This document shows positions 39,430 to 47,798 of a stretch of 53,202 nucleotides of DNA, piece after piece; within the stretch, counting starts at the first letter, position 1; each line of letters opens with the position of its first letter. The notes beneath the pieces were generated by a model. It did not search any database, was not told the DNA's origin, and worked only from the letters and a program-made list of their open reading frames with translations. The position numbers and the translations under genes were made by a program. Source of the DNA: a virus (lineage: Duplodnaviria > Caudoviricetes); the IMG/VR virus record IMGVR_UViG_3300009788_000121, positions 1 to 53,202 of that record; one strand, 5' to 3'.

Positions 39430-39950
39430 ACCCGCGAACAAATGAAATCCTCTTGGGAGAGTGTTATTAGTAACGGGTTTAGTCTGCGGATATTAGACTT
39501 AAATTCAAGTATGCCCCGCCTGATAAGCGTAAGAACTATCACAGTTTTCCGCCGCTGAGTGGCGGGTTCTATAAATAACCAGCAGGCGCTTGTATGCCAA
39601 GCGATGAAATAATAGGCATGGGTTCATTAGCTTCATGATACTATAACCCCGGACTAATAGGTAGAGAGCGACGGCATTCTGCTTTACCGAAAAATAGAAA
39701 GCGGTAGATACTGATTATTAGATTAATGTATCGTCAGGTGTCGGAGTCATACGTTCCCCTTGGCGTCATTGCCAGACGTAAAAGGCAAATCTAATCCACG
39801 ATGAAGAGTTGTTAGTGTTAGATTAGTAAAGGATATAAGGGCTTTGATAGGGGTCTTATACCGGACTTAGAAGCAACTAGTATTTTAAGGTAAACAACCA
39901 CCGGAAATGCCAGTTAAACTATTCGTCCGCCCCACGACACGGGGCATTTA
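39430..39950 (+). ncRNA. Candidate large structured ncRNA (possibly ROOL-like)
   Basis: No plus-strand ORF; GC-richer and hairpin-dense; ATGCCCCG (39511) pairs with CGGGGCAT (39940); own promoter. Family assignment is only a recollection-level resemblance. Confidence 0.5.
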
Positions 39951-39982
39951 TAATCAAACATATTCATAGAGTATTTTTAATT

Positions 39983-40177
39983 ATGGACAAAGAAAAAGAA
40001 GATCAACCAAAGGATTATGTAGAATTTGCAGATTTTCTTAGGGACGAATATAGTTTTTTAACTTGGAATCAAAAGATTTTATATCGTTTGCAAAACCATG
40101 TAATCAAGGTAATACTATTTGTTTTTATGGCAGGAATTTTTACTGGAGCTTATTTAGATAAGTTTCAAATATTATAA
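39983..40177 (+). CDS. Small membrane protein
   Basis: 64 aa with a C-terminal TM helix. Confidence 0.55.
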   Translation: MDKEKEDQPKDYVEFADFLRDEYSFLTWNQKILYRLQNHVIKVILFVFMAGIFTGAYLDKFQIL

Positions 40178-40179
40178 GG

Positions 40180-41250
40180 TTTTGGCTCAGAGGTAACGTG
40201 CTGCAGCGGTTGTGCTTAACAACCTTAAAGTCGGGTTAAATTATATGGATAAACTAATATGATGGGAATTAAGGGCTGTTTGGAGTCCTGGCTTCGGCCG
40301 CAGATAATCTAGGGCGACCTAGAAAAAGGAAGAGATTATTCATATCTTCCACCAGGTGACTGGCCTATCTAAGCAAGCTAATGTGCCCTAACCCCTACGT
40401 GGGTTGCTTCAATCATTATAGGTTGGAGATAAGGTCTACACAGTAGAGGAGATAACTGGATTCGCTGCCCTTTCGGGGGATAACCAAGGTCTGGGAACTA
40501 ACAGGTTGTGCTGAGTGAAGCCTTTAACAAAGCTGTTACACTGTAAGGTAAATTAGTAATATAGCAAGTCCAAGAAAGTAATCGAGGGCGGCTATGTAAT
40601 ATCAACGAGAACGGTGCAATGCCTAGTAACGTGAAGTATAGCTGAGTATCTGACAAGAGAAAGGTATCGGACGGGTTGTATTTTGTAGCTCAAAAAGGTT
40701 GCGAATCAACAGAGGTAGCTCGTTTGTGGATAAATGGTTAATTTTAAGTGATTACGCAGGTTCGAATCCTGCCGGGATCGCCAAAATAACATTAGTGTGA
40801 AAGGAAACATAATTTATAGTCTCCGTCTAGTGTTATTCTGATGATCCCGTAGCTGAGTCAGGTTTAGCAATTTCATGTCTAGGAATAAACATCGTAAATG
40901 ATAACATAACTTAATGCAAAGACTACCTCGGTACGATAGTGAAAATAGCTTAAACCTGAACTCACTTAGGTGGGAATTCAGGGTCGGACAGCTCGCAAGG
41001 CTAGAAGGTTTGATGGAAAGTCGCACGTAAGGGATTAGCGTCCTTGTACAGCTCTGATTAAAGGGTTGGCGGTACACCGAACATTGAGTAGCAATCGTAT
41101 GACAGCTCGACACGCCGACGAGTCTAAACTAGGCAGCTATGTAATAGTAGTGGTAGGAACCACTGGATAAAGTCTTAAGATAGAGGGATACGCAACCTCA
41201 ATTGTACGGGAACTAAAGCTATTACGTAAAAGGTATAATCTCAGCCTTTT
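40180..41250 (+). ncRNA. GOLLD-like giant ornate RNA (5' boundary uncertain)
   Basis: ~1 kb without a plus-strand ORF, next to tRNAs. Ordered blocks match GOLLD sequences as I recall them: GAGTATC..GAAAGGTA..GTTGTATTTTGTAGCTCAAAAAGG..CAAC.GAGGTAGC; GCAAAAGACT..GGTA; CTCGCAAGG; CGTAAG..TTAGCG; CTGGATAA; 3' TAATCTCAGCC. Many GNRA-capped stems. Confidence 0.72.
40756..40886 (+). other. Circularly permuted tRNA-like domain inside the GOLLD-like RNA
   Basis: T-arm + CGGGATC-G-CCA (40756-40783) lies upstream of GATCCCG-TA-D-arm (40843-40868); the intervening segment is closed by an 11-bp stem. Confidence 0.75.
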
Positions 41251-41253
41251 AAG

Positions 41254-41442
41254 AATATTTTAATAAGTGGTGCAGATAAGCTAATAGCGCAGGGGAATAC
41301 TAATAGTTACGTAACCTGAATCTGAGAATGCTATCAATATGTAGTACGATGCGCTGGTAACTAAGTAATAATTGGAAAACATATATATAGTCAGTAGGTA
41401 GAGGTGCAAACTCTAAGTCTGACCACCACTTATTAAAATATT
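41254..41442 (+). ncRNA. ~150-nt tRNA-like RNA enclosed by a 19-bp perfect processing stem
   Basis: AATATTTTAATAAGTGGTG / CACCACTTATTAAAATATT; the insert ends TAGAG-GTGCAAA-CTCTA-AGTCTG-ACCA. Confidence 0.6.
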
Positions 41443-41447
41443 TTTAA

Positions 41448-41523
41448 CACCGGAAAGTCGGACTCATTAGACGCTTCTATTAAATGAAGAATTTCGCAGG
41501 AGGATTCCCTGCTCTGGTGGCCA
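41448..41523 (+). ncRNA. Degenerate tRNA-like RNA
   Basis: CACCGGA/TCTGGTG-G-CCA acceptor; GCAGG-AGGATTC-CCTGC T-like arm; non-canonical loops; 76 nt. Confidence 0.6.
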
Positions 41524-41530
41524 AACTATT

Positions 41531-41607
41531 GCCGAGGTAACTCAGAGAAAGAGTGCTTGGAGCTTGACTCCAGGAAGTCAGTGGTTGAAGTCCACTTCTC
41601 GGCTCCA
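41531..41607 (+). tRNA. Atypical tRNA with extended anticodon arm (TTG at apex)
   Basis: GCCGAGG/TCTCGGC-T-CCA; D-arm ACTC/GAGT; anticodon arm CTTGGAG-CTTGA-CTCCAGG; T-loop TTGAAGT. Confidence 0.6.
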
Positions 41608-41613
41608 TATTAC

Positions 41614-41724
41614 GCGATTATGTTTTTAATAGACAGTTTATGATTGGATGTATAAGTTTAGGTTCTGCAGAACCACTCTTCAAGAAGGTCAAAGACGATG
41701 GTGAAACCCCATCTTTTCGCTCCA
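41614..41724 (+). ncRNA. ~110-nt tRNA-like RNA
   Basis: GCGA/TCGC-T-CCA ends; GATGG-TGAAACC-CCATC T-like arm. Confidence 0.5.
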
Positions 41725-41729
41725 AATTA

Positions 41730-41779
41730 TGACGCCGAAGCATATCATTCAGGGATATGGACCGGATAAAGCGTCGCCA
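41730..41779 (+). ncRNA. 50-nt CCA-ended mini RNA
   Basis: GACGC/GCGTC-G-CCA with an internal CATATC/GATATG hairpin. Confidence 0.45.
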
Positions 41780-41785
41780 TATTAT

Positions 41786-41862
41786 TGCGGGATAGAGCAG
41801 TCCGGCAGCTCGTTAGCCTCATAAGCTAAAGGTCGGCGGTTCAAATCCGTCTCCCGCTACCA
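41786..41862 (+). tRNA. tRNA-Met(CAT), initiator-like
   Basis: Cloverleaf, CTCATAA loop, 1:72 mismatch, CCA; anticodon stem lacks the three G-C pairs. Confidence 0.9.
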
Positions 41863-41867
41863 AACAA

Positions 41868-42013
41868 TGGGGTACCATTAATACAAATGTATACATCAAA
41901 GGGAAATGCGAATATAGGTGTATTAGAGTTCATTAGGTAAAGTGCGCATTCACTACAAGTAAACAACTTCGGAACTCGCAGATTTATGGAACATGGGTAT
42001 ATATGCCCCACCA
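41868..42013 (+). ncRNA. ~145-nt CCA-ended orphan RNA
   Basis: GGGGTA/TGCCCC-A-CCA closing stem; flanked by AACAAT spacers like neighbouring tRNAs. Confidence 0.55.
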
Positions 42014-42018
42014 AACAA

Positions 42019-42113
42019 TGAGGTCGGACAATAATTATCTGTATCGACGGTAGCTGACAACTCGCATTGAATCATAAGATAGCGCTTATGATGTCTGTCA
42101 GACGACCTCGCCA
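42019..42113 (+). ncRNA. ~95-nt CCA-ended orphan RNA
   Basis: GAGGTCG/CGACCTC-G-CCA; internal ATCATAAG/CTTATGAT stem. Confidence 0.6.
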
Positions 42114-42258
42114 AATTAATGATAGGCGTTCTGCTGCACTAGCAGTATACCGAAAAGCTAACTAAGTTGGAGTAGTGCCCAATGAAACTCACTTTTCGGG
42201 GAGCCATATAAAGGTGGATGTTAGATACTGTACAAGTATTGAGGTCATCAATGATTTT

Positions 42259-42335
42259 GGGGAAGTAGCTCAAGTTGGGAGAGCACCGCCCTTGCAAGGC
42301 GAAGGTTGTGGGTTCGATGCCCATCTTCTCCACCA
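42259..42335 (+). tRNA. tRNA-Ala(TGC)
   Basis: Cloverleaf, G3:U70, CTTGCAA loop, CCA. Confidence 0.92.
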
Positions 42336-42340
42336 AACAA

Positions 42341-42447
42341 TGAAGTATATACCTAGCGGACTAATGACAGCGGTTGACGAGAAGCCTTTAACGGTCGAGA
42401 ATATATCGCGATTAACGCTAAGCAGATGACTAGGAAATACTTCGCCA
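42341..42447 (+). ncRNA. ~107-nt CCA-ended orphan RNA
   Basis: GAAGTAT/ATACTTC-G-CCA followed by a CCTAG/CTAGG stem. Confidence 0.6.
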
Positions 42448-42547
42448 AATTAAGCAGTACCTATCCCCCTATTCCGGTATTGCTAGACTGCTCCACCGTG
42501 AGGTGTTGAGCGGACCGAGAGGGTGAAAGCCCTCTTGTTTTTATTTT

Positions 42548-42623
42548 GCTACTGTAGCTCAGATGGTAGAGCAGCTGTTTTGTAATCAGCAGGTCCTGGG
42601 TTCGATGCCTAGTAGTAGCACCA
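42548..42623 (+). tRNA. tRNA-Thr(TGT)
   Basis: Cloverleaf, TTTGTAA loop, CCA. Confidence 0.92.
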
Positions 42624-42631
42624 AACATATA

Positions 42632-42706
42632 GCGGTGTAGAAAGTACTGGTGATAAAGCTGCCTTCCAAGCATGATAGGCGAGTTCGATTCTCGCACACC
42701 GCACCA
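42632..42706 (+). tRNA. tRNA-Gly(TCC), atypical D-arm
   Basis: GCGGTGT/ACACCGC, CTTCCAA loop, TTCGATT T-loop; A73. Confidence 0.75.
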
Positions 42707-42720
42707 AATTATAGGAAATT

Positions 42721-43080
42721 ATGGGTTTTGTTAAAATATTAACTGGTTGGAAAATGATATTAGGTTCAATGGTTGCGGTAGTAGTTGCTACCGTCAGCTT
42801 TTTAGCGTGGGGAGCCGATCAAATGGAACAACAAAAGGTAGTTATAGCTGCACAATCAGCATTAGTACATAATGATTTTTATCAGGAAGGTAGAATAGCT
42901 AGAAAAGAAGATCAAATAATAGAGCATACGAGACAATTAGATAGTATGTTATATTTGATAGGGGATGACACTCCTACTTCTAGAGAATCTAGACAAATAG
43001 AATATTTAGACAGTGAAATAATAAGATTACGACATGAAATTGAAGAAATAAGAGTATCATTAAACGAAGATGTTAATTGA
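42721..43080 (+). CDS. Membrane-anchored coiled-coil hypothetical protein
   Basis: N-terminal TM; AGGA RBS. Confidence 0.6.
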   Translation: MGFVKILTGWKMILGSMVAVVVATVSFLAWGADQMEQQKVVIAAQSALVHNDFYQEGRIARKEDQIIEHTRQLDSMLYLIGDDTPTSRESRQIEYLDSEIIRLRHEIEEIRVSLNEDVN

Positions 43081-43252
43081 TATAGAAGAATACAATGATG
43101 GTTTTTATTATTGGGATGATACGGATGAGTTAATAGGGCCGTTTAAAACATTCCAACAGGCTGAAGTAGCTTTAAGTGCTTGTTTAAAATGGACTTCTAA
43201 AGATCATTCAAGAAATACAATACGTAAAATGAAAGATAATATGGGATCGTAG
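43070..43252 (+). CDS. Hypothetical protein
   Basis: 'GFYYWD..IGPFKT' small acidic protein; stop overlaps tRNA-Lys. Confidence 0.5.
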   Translation: MLIDIEEYNDGFYYWDDTDELIGPFKTFQQAEVALSACLKWTSKDHSRNTIRKMKDNMGS

Positions 43253-43318
43253 CTCAACGGTAGCAGCAGTGGGCTTTTAACCCAAAGGTTGAGAGTTCGA
43301 ATCTCTCCGGTCCCACCA
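43243..43318 (+). tRNA. tRNA-Lys(TTT)
   Basis: Cloverleaf, CTTTTAA loop, CCA. Confidence 0.9.
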
Positions 43319-43422
43319 GACATACGGTTATGGTCAAGATACCAACAGTTTTAGCAATTAGCTGACATAATTAAGTCAGGTACCGCAAAGGTCAGTGGTA
43401 TTACCGAACTGTAGCCACATCT

Positions 43423-43450
43423 AATGCCTGGGCCTAAAAACCCAGGCATT
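43423..43450 (+). terminator. Hairpin ending the first tRNA block
   Basis: AATGCCTGGG / CCCAGGCATT. Confidence 0.6.
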
Positions 43451-43585
43451 TCTATTTAGGGGAAACAATGTTTCAACACGTAATGTCGTACCCAGATGGT
43501 AGAGTAATATACTTTTATCATGATAAGACAGTAACTTATCTAAAGGATGAGGACCCAATAGTAAAAATAAGAATGAAGGAAAAGG

Positions 43586-43876
43586 ATGGACTATCTAATC
43601 ATGCTACAGATCTATGGAGTGATATCAGTAGCATTAGCAGGCACTAGCTATATTACATTATATAGGCCCGCCATAAAACTATTAGAAGAAATAGTAGAGG
43701 GCGATACTCCATATGGAGGATGGTTAGGTTTCACAATATGGAATTTAGCAGCTATAATAGCAGCTCCTTGGACGACCTACATATTATTACAAAACAACAA
43801 TGAAGAATTTATAGAACGGTTCGCAGTAGTACTAGCAGAAAGAATAATGAAAGAAGATGAAGGCGACGACGAATGA
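43586..43876 (+). CDS. Two-TM hypothetical protein
   Basis: Two hydrophobic helices and an acidic tail. Confidence 0.65.
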   Translation: MDYLIMLQIYGVISVALAGTSYITLYRPAIKLLEEIVEGDTPYGGWLGFTIWNLAAIIAAPWTTYILLQNNNEEFIERFAVVLAERIMKEDEGDDE

Positions 43877-44451
43877 TGAAAGATATAATGGTTGATCTAG
43901 AAACAATGGACAACGTGGCCTCAGCGGCCATTGTGTCAATTGGTGCAGTACAGTGTGATTTAATAACAGGGGAATTAGGGGCAGAATATTATAGAGTAAT
44001 TGATCTTAACCAACAAACAGAAATAGGCATGAGTGTAAATTCAGAGACAATCTATTGGTGGTTAGCTCAATCTGATCTGGCACGTGAAGCATTACTAATT
44101 AGAGGTAAAATAAGTCTTGACGCTATGTGTGTATCATTTACTAAATGGATACAAAGTATTGACCCATCGGGAGATAAATTAAGACTTTGGGGAAATGGGG
44201 CAAGTTTTGACAATGCCATATTAAGATATGCATTTAGGTGTTGTGGATATGATATGCGTAAATTAATAAGGTTTTGGAATGATAGAGACATGAGAACAAT
44301 AGTCGGTTTCTATCCACGACAGCTACAAGAAAAGTGGCGTAGAAGCAACTACCGTGCAGGTACTGCACATAATGCGTTAGATGACGCTATGTATCAAGTT
44401 AAGTACTGTAGCGCGATACTTAAAGATTTAGGAGTTAAGGAGTTATATTAA
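43873..44451 (+). CDS. 3'-5' exoribonuclease (DEDDh, Rv2179c/DUF5051-like)
   Basis: 'IMVDLETM', 'WGNGASFDNAIL', 'RDMRT', 'HNALDDA'. Confidence 0.9.
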   Translation: MMKDIMVDLETMDNVASAAIVSIGAVQCDLITGELGAEYYRVIDLNQQTEIGMSVNSETIYWWLAQSDLAREALLIRGKISLDAMCVSFTKWIQSIDPSGDKLRLWGNGASFDNAILRYAFRCCGYDMRKLIRFWNDRDMRTIVGFYPRQLQEKWRRSNYRAGTAHNALDDAMYQVKYCSAILKDLGVKELY

Positions 44452-44823
44452 ATGGCAGGACATACGAGCGAGAAACGCTGGAGAAGAAATCAAACAAGTA
44501 CTAGTGGTCAAGGTATTAGTGATGAAGCGTCACAAATGGCCAATAGATTAGTTACAACATTATTAGATGCTGAACAAATGTTTCTAGAAATGCAGGAATT
44601 ATTTCAATTTGTAGGAAGCACAGCAGATGGGTTAGCTACACAGTTGTTCGCGGAAGATATTGCGGGTCGAAGTTCACCAGAGAATGTACCAAGTGCAGAA
44701 GAATTGGCAATGACCCAAGATCTTATAGATTCTATAACGGCTGGACACGATATATATGAAGCAGCAAATAATCAAGTAGTACCACAGGAAGATAGGTTAG
44801 CACAGTTACGTAGAATGTCGTGA
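44452..44823 (+). CDS. Hypothetical protein
   Basis: 123-aa ORF with coding-like composition. Confidence 0.6.
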   Translation: MAGHTSEKRWRRNQTSTSGQGISDEASQMANRLVTTLLDAEQMFLEMQELFQFVGSTADGLATQLFAEDIAGRSSPENVPSAEELAMTQDLIDSITAGHDIYEAANNQVVPQEDRLAQLRRMS

Positions 44824-45127
44824 TTGTATTAAAATGGATTGCATCTTTTTTATTGGAGTTTGTTATACCATTATTATTAATATGGTTTATAGCATCTGTA
44901 ATTGTACCATGACCGAAGATTATTATAACAAAGTATTAGTGATATCTAAGATAAAATATGAATTACCAGAAGATATACTAGAGGGAATTAAACCACAAAT
45001 AGAAGAGTGTTATAATAATGGATTTAAACCAAGAAGAACAGTAGAATATTTAGCAATGCATATTTTCGACTTGATTTAGTTTCATATATTTGGTATAATA
45101 TATAAACTAATGAATTTGGAGAGAAAT

Positions 45128-45618
45128 ATGGGTGATAGATTTTACACCCAACAAAAGAACCACAAGCCAGGTCGCAGACTTAAAAAGGATGTGATAAAAG
45201 AATTAGAAGTTCTTTTAGGTATACCGGTGAGTGGTCTGGATAGACTTACTATTAAATCTTTAGACGAACTTATAGTAGCTGTGACTTATACAAGGGCTAG
45301 TTCTAAGTTAGCAGGGGCTTTAAGGACATTAGCTAAATTATGAAGATTAGACGCTTTACATACACAAAAGATAATGGTGATGTAAGTGACAGAATAGCCA
45401 TTATAGTGTCGTCACCTAGAAAAAACTATTTAGTATATGACGTTACTAATTTTACAGATAATGAAATAAGACTATTACAGGATGCTATTGAAGAAGCTGA
45501 TGAATATCGAAGTGATTGTATATCAGAATTTGAAGCAATAACAGGTAAACAGTTAAACCGCCTTTGGCGCTCATTCAAGCCTGGGGGCATTGAATGGACA
45601 GAAGGAAATGAAATTTAA
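45128..45618 (+). other. Two small hypothetical genes of T5-like early type (45128-45343; 45340-45618)
   Basis: 'MGDRFYTQQ..KKDVIKEL..GLDRLTIKSL' and 'FTYTKDNGDVSDR..WRSFKPGGI'; promoter at ~45071-45100. Confidence 0.6.
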
Positions 45619-46414
45619 ATTAGTAAGTGATCTGCACCTGGAGTTCTATGGCGCACGTCCTTTTTACAGACAAGAAGCTCAGCCTGTATGGGAGCCGCCT
45701 GTGTGTGAAGATGATAAAGACACCGTTCTGTTGCTTCCAGGGGATATTCATGTTGGATTTAAAGCGTTACCTTGGTTAAATAAGATGTGTGAACGTTTTC
45801 ACGATGTTGTTTACCTTCTTGGTAATCATGAATTTTACAATCATGAAGTAAATGATGTAAGAAATTTCTGGAAAAATGAAAATGGTTATCCAGATAATTT
45901 TACCTTCTTAGATGATGGAATATTATTTATAGAAGGTATAAGAATTATAGGTGGAACTCTTTGGACTCAAGTAACTGATCCACATATGGTTTGGATGGGT
46001 CCGAAACGTATGACAGATTATCAACTTACGACAATACGTGAACATGGACAAGTACGTAAAATGAACGTACAAGATACGAATCGAATGCATTTTGAAACAA
46101 TCAATTACATTCGAGATGAAGTACAAAAGCCATATGAAGGTAAGACGATAGTAATGACTCATCATTTACCTCATCCGCTTTGTGTTCATGAGCGTTTTGT
46201 AGGTGATGCTTTAAATGCTTTTTTCATGACGGACTTGGATCATATCATCAGAAATTTTGATATTGATGTATGGTGTCACGGTCATACCCACAACAATGTG
46301 GATGTAGTAGTACATGATACACGGATTCTTTGTAATCCTATGGGTTATCATGGCGTATGTTTAAATCAAGATTTTAATAAGGATTTAACTTTTGAGCTTA
46401 CGACCGGGACGTGA
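45608..46414 (+). CDS. Calcineurin-like metallophosphoesterase
   Basis: 'SDLHLE', 'GDI', 'GNHEFY', 'THHLP', 'HGHTH', 'CNPMGY'. Confidence 0.92.
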   Translation: MKFKLVSDLHLEFYGARPFYRQEAQPVWEPPVCEDDKDTVLLLPGDIHVGFKALPWLNKMCERFHDVVYLLGNHEFYNHEVNDVRNFWKNENGYPDNFTFLDDGILFIEGIRIIGGTLWTQVTDPHMVWMGPKRMTDYQLTTIREHGQVRKMNVQDTNRMHFETINYIRDEVQKPYEGKTIVMTHHLPHPLCVHERFVGDALNAFFMTDLDHIIRNFDIDVWCHGHTHNNVDVVVHDTRILCNPMGYHGVCLNQDFNKDLTFELTTGT

Positions 46415-46433
46415 TAAGCACAGTGGACCTGGG

Positions 46434-47036
46434 ATGGTCCGCCCTTCAGTAGAGCGGGCCAACCCTTTTAACGGACACGAAGAATTAATGACCGATCCTG
46501 TATATTTAATAGGAAACGGTAGAAGTCGAGAACATTTCGATTTAGAAAGATTAAGGGGAAAAGGAACCATTATAGGATGTAACGCTCTATATAGAGAGTT
46601 TAGTCCTGATCTACTTATAGTAATTGATAGTAAATTAATTACTGAGGTAAGAAAGTCTAGTTATGAGGGGCAGACTATTATACCTGCCAATAGATCAGTT
46701 ACTATTCCTAATGCGATGGTTTGGAGAGTAGATAGATTTAATACTTCTGGTTGTTTTGGTATGAAGATGATTGATACATTGATGCGACCAGAAACGTGTT
46801 ATATGTTAGGCATGGATTGTTATGCTGGTAATGTATATGATGGAACAATAAATTATTCTGATAATACATTACAAAACTTTGCGGGTATTTCCTCATATTA
46901 TTTGAAAGCATTAAATGCAGCCGATGGTACGATGTTTATAAATGTAAATCCTGTTGATGCTTGGGATAGTTTGGCACATGATAGTGGTAACTATAGTACA
47001 ATGACATATGACGAATTTGAAACAGTTTTGGGATAG
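46434..47036 (+). CDS. MptE/Maf-like (DUF115) Rossmann-fold protein; start uncertain
   Basis: 'YLIGNGRSR...IIGCNALYRE..PD', 'TSG', 'YMLGMD'. Confidence 0.6.
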   Translation: MVRPSVERANPFNGHEELMTDPVYLIGNGRSREHFDLERLRGKGTIIGCNALYREFSPDLLIVIDSKLITEVRKSSYEGQTIIPANRSVTIPNAMVWRVDRFNTSGCFGMKMIDTLMRPETCYMLGMDCYAGNVYDGTINYSDNTLQNFAGISSYYLKALNAADGTMFINVNPVDAWDSLAHDSGNYSTMTYDEFETVLG

Positions 47037-47114
47037 TGGTGGAATTGGTATACACGCTGGTTTTAGGTACCAGTGCTTTGCGGCGTGAGAGTTCGAGTCT
47101 CTCCTATCCTACCA
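47030..47114 (+). tRNA. tRNA-Leu(TAG)
   Basis: Cloverleaf with long variable arm, TTTAGGT loop, CCA. Confidence 0.92.
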
Positions 47115-47127
47115 AATTGAGATAACA

Positions 47128-47439
47128 ATGCAAATATTGCAAGAAAGAAGAACTTTAGATGATGTATTAAAATCAGGAGTTCGTACATATAGAAATGGAT
47201 GTAATTATAGATTAGTAAAAGAAATTGATGATAACTATTACTTAGAGTATGGCTGTGATGGTGTATTAGTTAATTTAGTTACGGGCGACGAAAGATTACT
47301 TTATAAATGGTTTAGTAAAACTAAGGATAATTTAAGAAGATTAAGTGGTGTAGTACACCCTTTTACTATTGATTACTTATTAAAACAAAGACCTTGTACA
47401 GTATGTGGCGGCGCTAAATTTAGAAAGAAACCAGAATGA
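47128..47439 (+). CDS. Hypothetical protein with C-terminal CxxC
   Basis: ORF coupled to the next gene. Confidence 0.55.
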   Translation: MQILQERRTLDDVLKSGVRTYRNGCNYRLVKEIDDNYYLEYGCDGVLVNLVTGDERLLYKWFSKTKDNLRRLSGVVHPFTIDYLLKQRPCTVCGGAKFRKKPE

Positions 47440-47798
47440 CAAAGGACGAATGGGAAAATATATGTGATCGTTGTGGAAGATGCTGCGGTTTAAGTGTTCC
47501 TAGAGACGGTACAGGTATAGCTTGTCCATTATTAGATGTAGAAACTAATCTTTGTAGGAACTATGAAAATCGTTTTAAGATAGAATCTTGCGTAAGACTT
47601 AATCCAGAAAATATTATACCTATGTACAATAATAATGTATTACCTAGAACATGTGCATACGTTGAACATATAAATGGGGAAGAAATAACCCCGTGTGAAA
47701 AAGCAAGACTCATACCCTTCATGCTAGGTAATATAGAGGGGCAAAATAATTATATAGAAGAACGCAATCGTAGGTTACCGAAAAGAGATGAAAGTTAA
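47436..47798 (+). CDS. YcgN/YkgJ-like cysteine-cluster protein
   Basis: 'EWENICDRCGRCC', 'ACPLLD..T.LC..YENRF...SC', 'LPRTCAY'. Confidence 0.8.
   Translation: MTKDEWENICDRCGRCCGLSVPRDGTGIACPLLDVETNLCRNYENRFKIESCVRLNPENIIPMYNNNVLPRTCAYVEHINGEEITPCEKARLIPFMLGNIEGQNNYIEERNRRLPKRDES

Noticed and set aside
40773-40850. Hammerhead ribozyme suggested by CTGATGA at 40838
   Set aside because: No GAAA and stem III in the required place; the pairing is explained by the permuted tRNA acceptor stem.
41448-41523. Ochre suppressor tRNA (TTA in loop)
   Set aside because: The loop is 8 nt without U33 context and the T-loop is non-canonical; kept only as a tRNA-like RNA.
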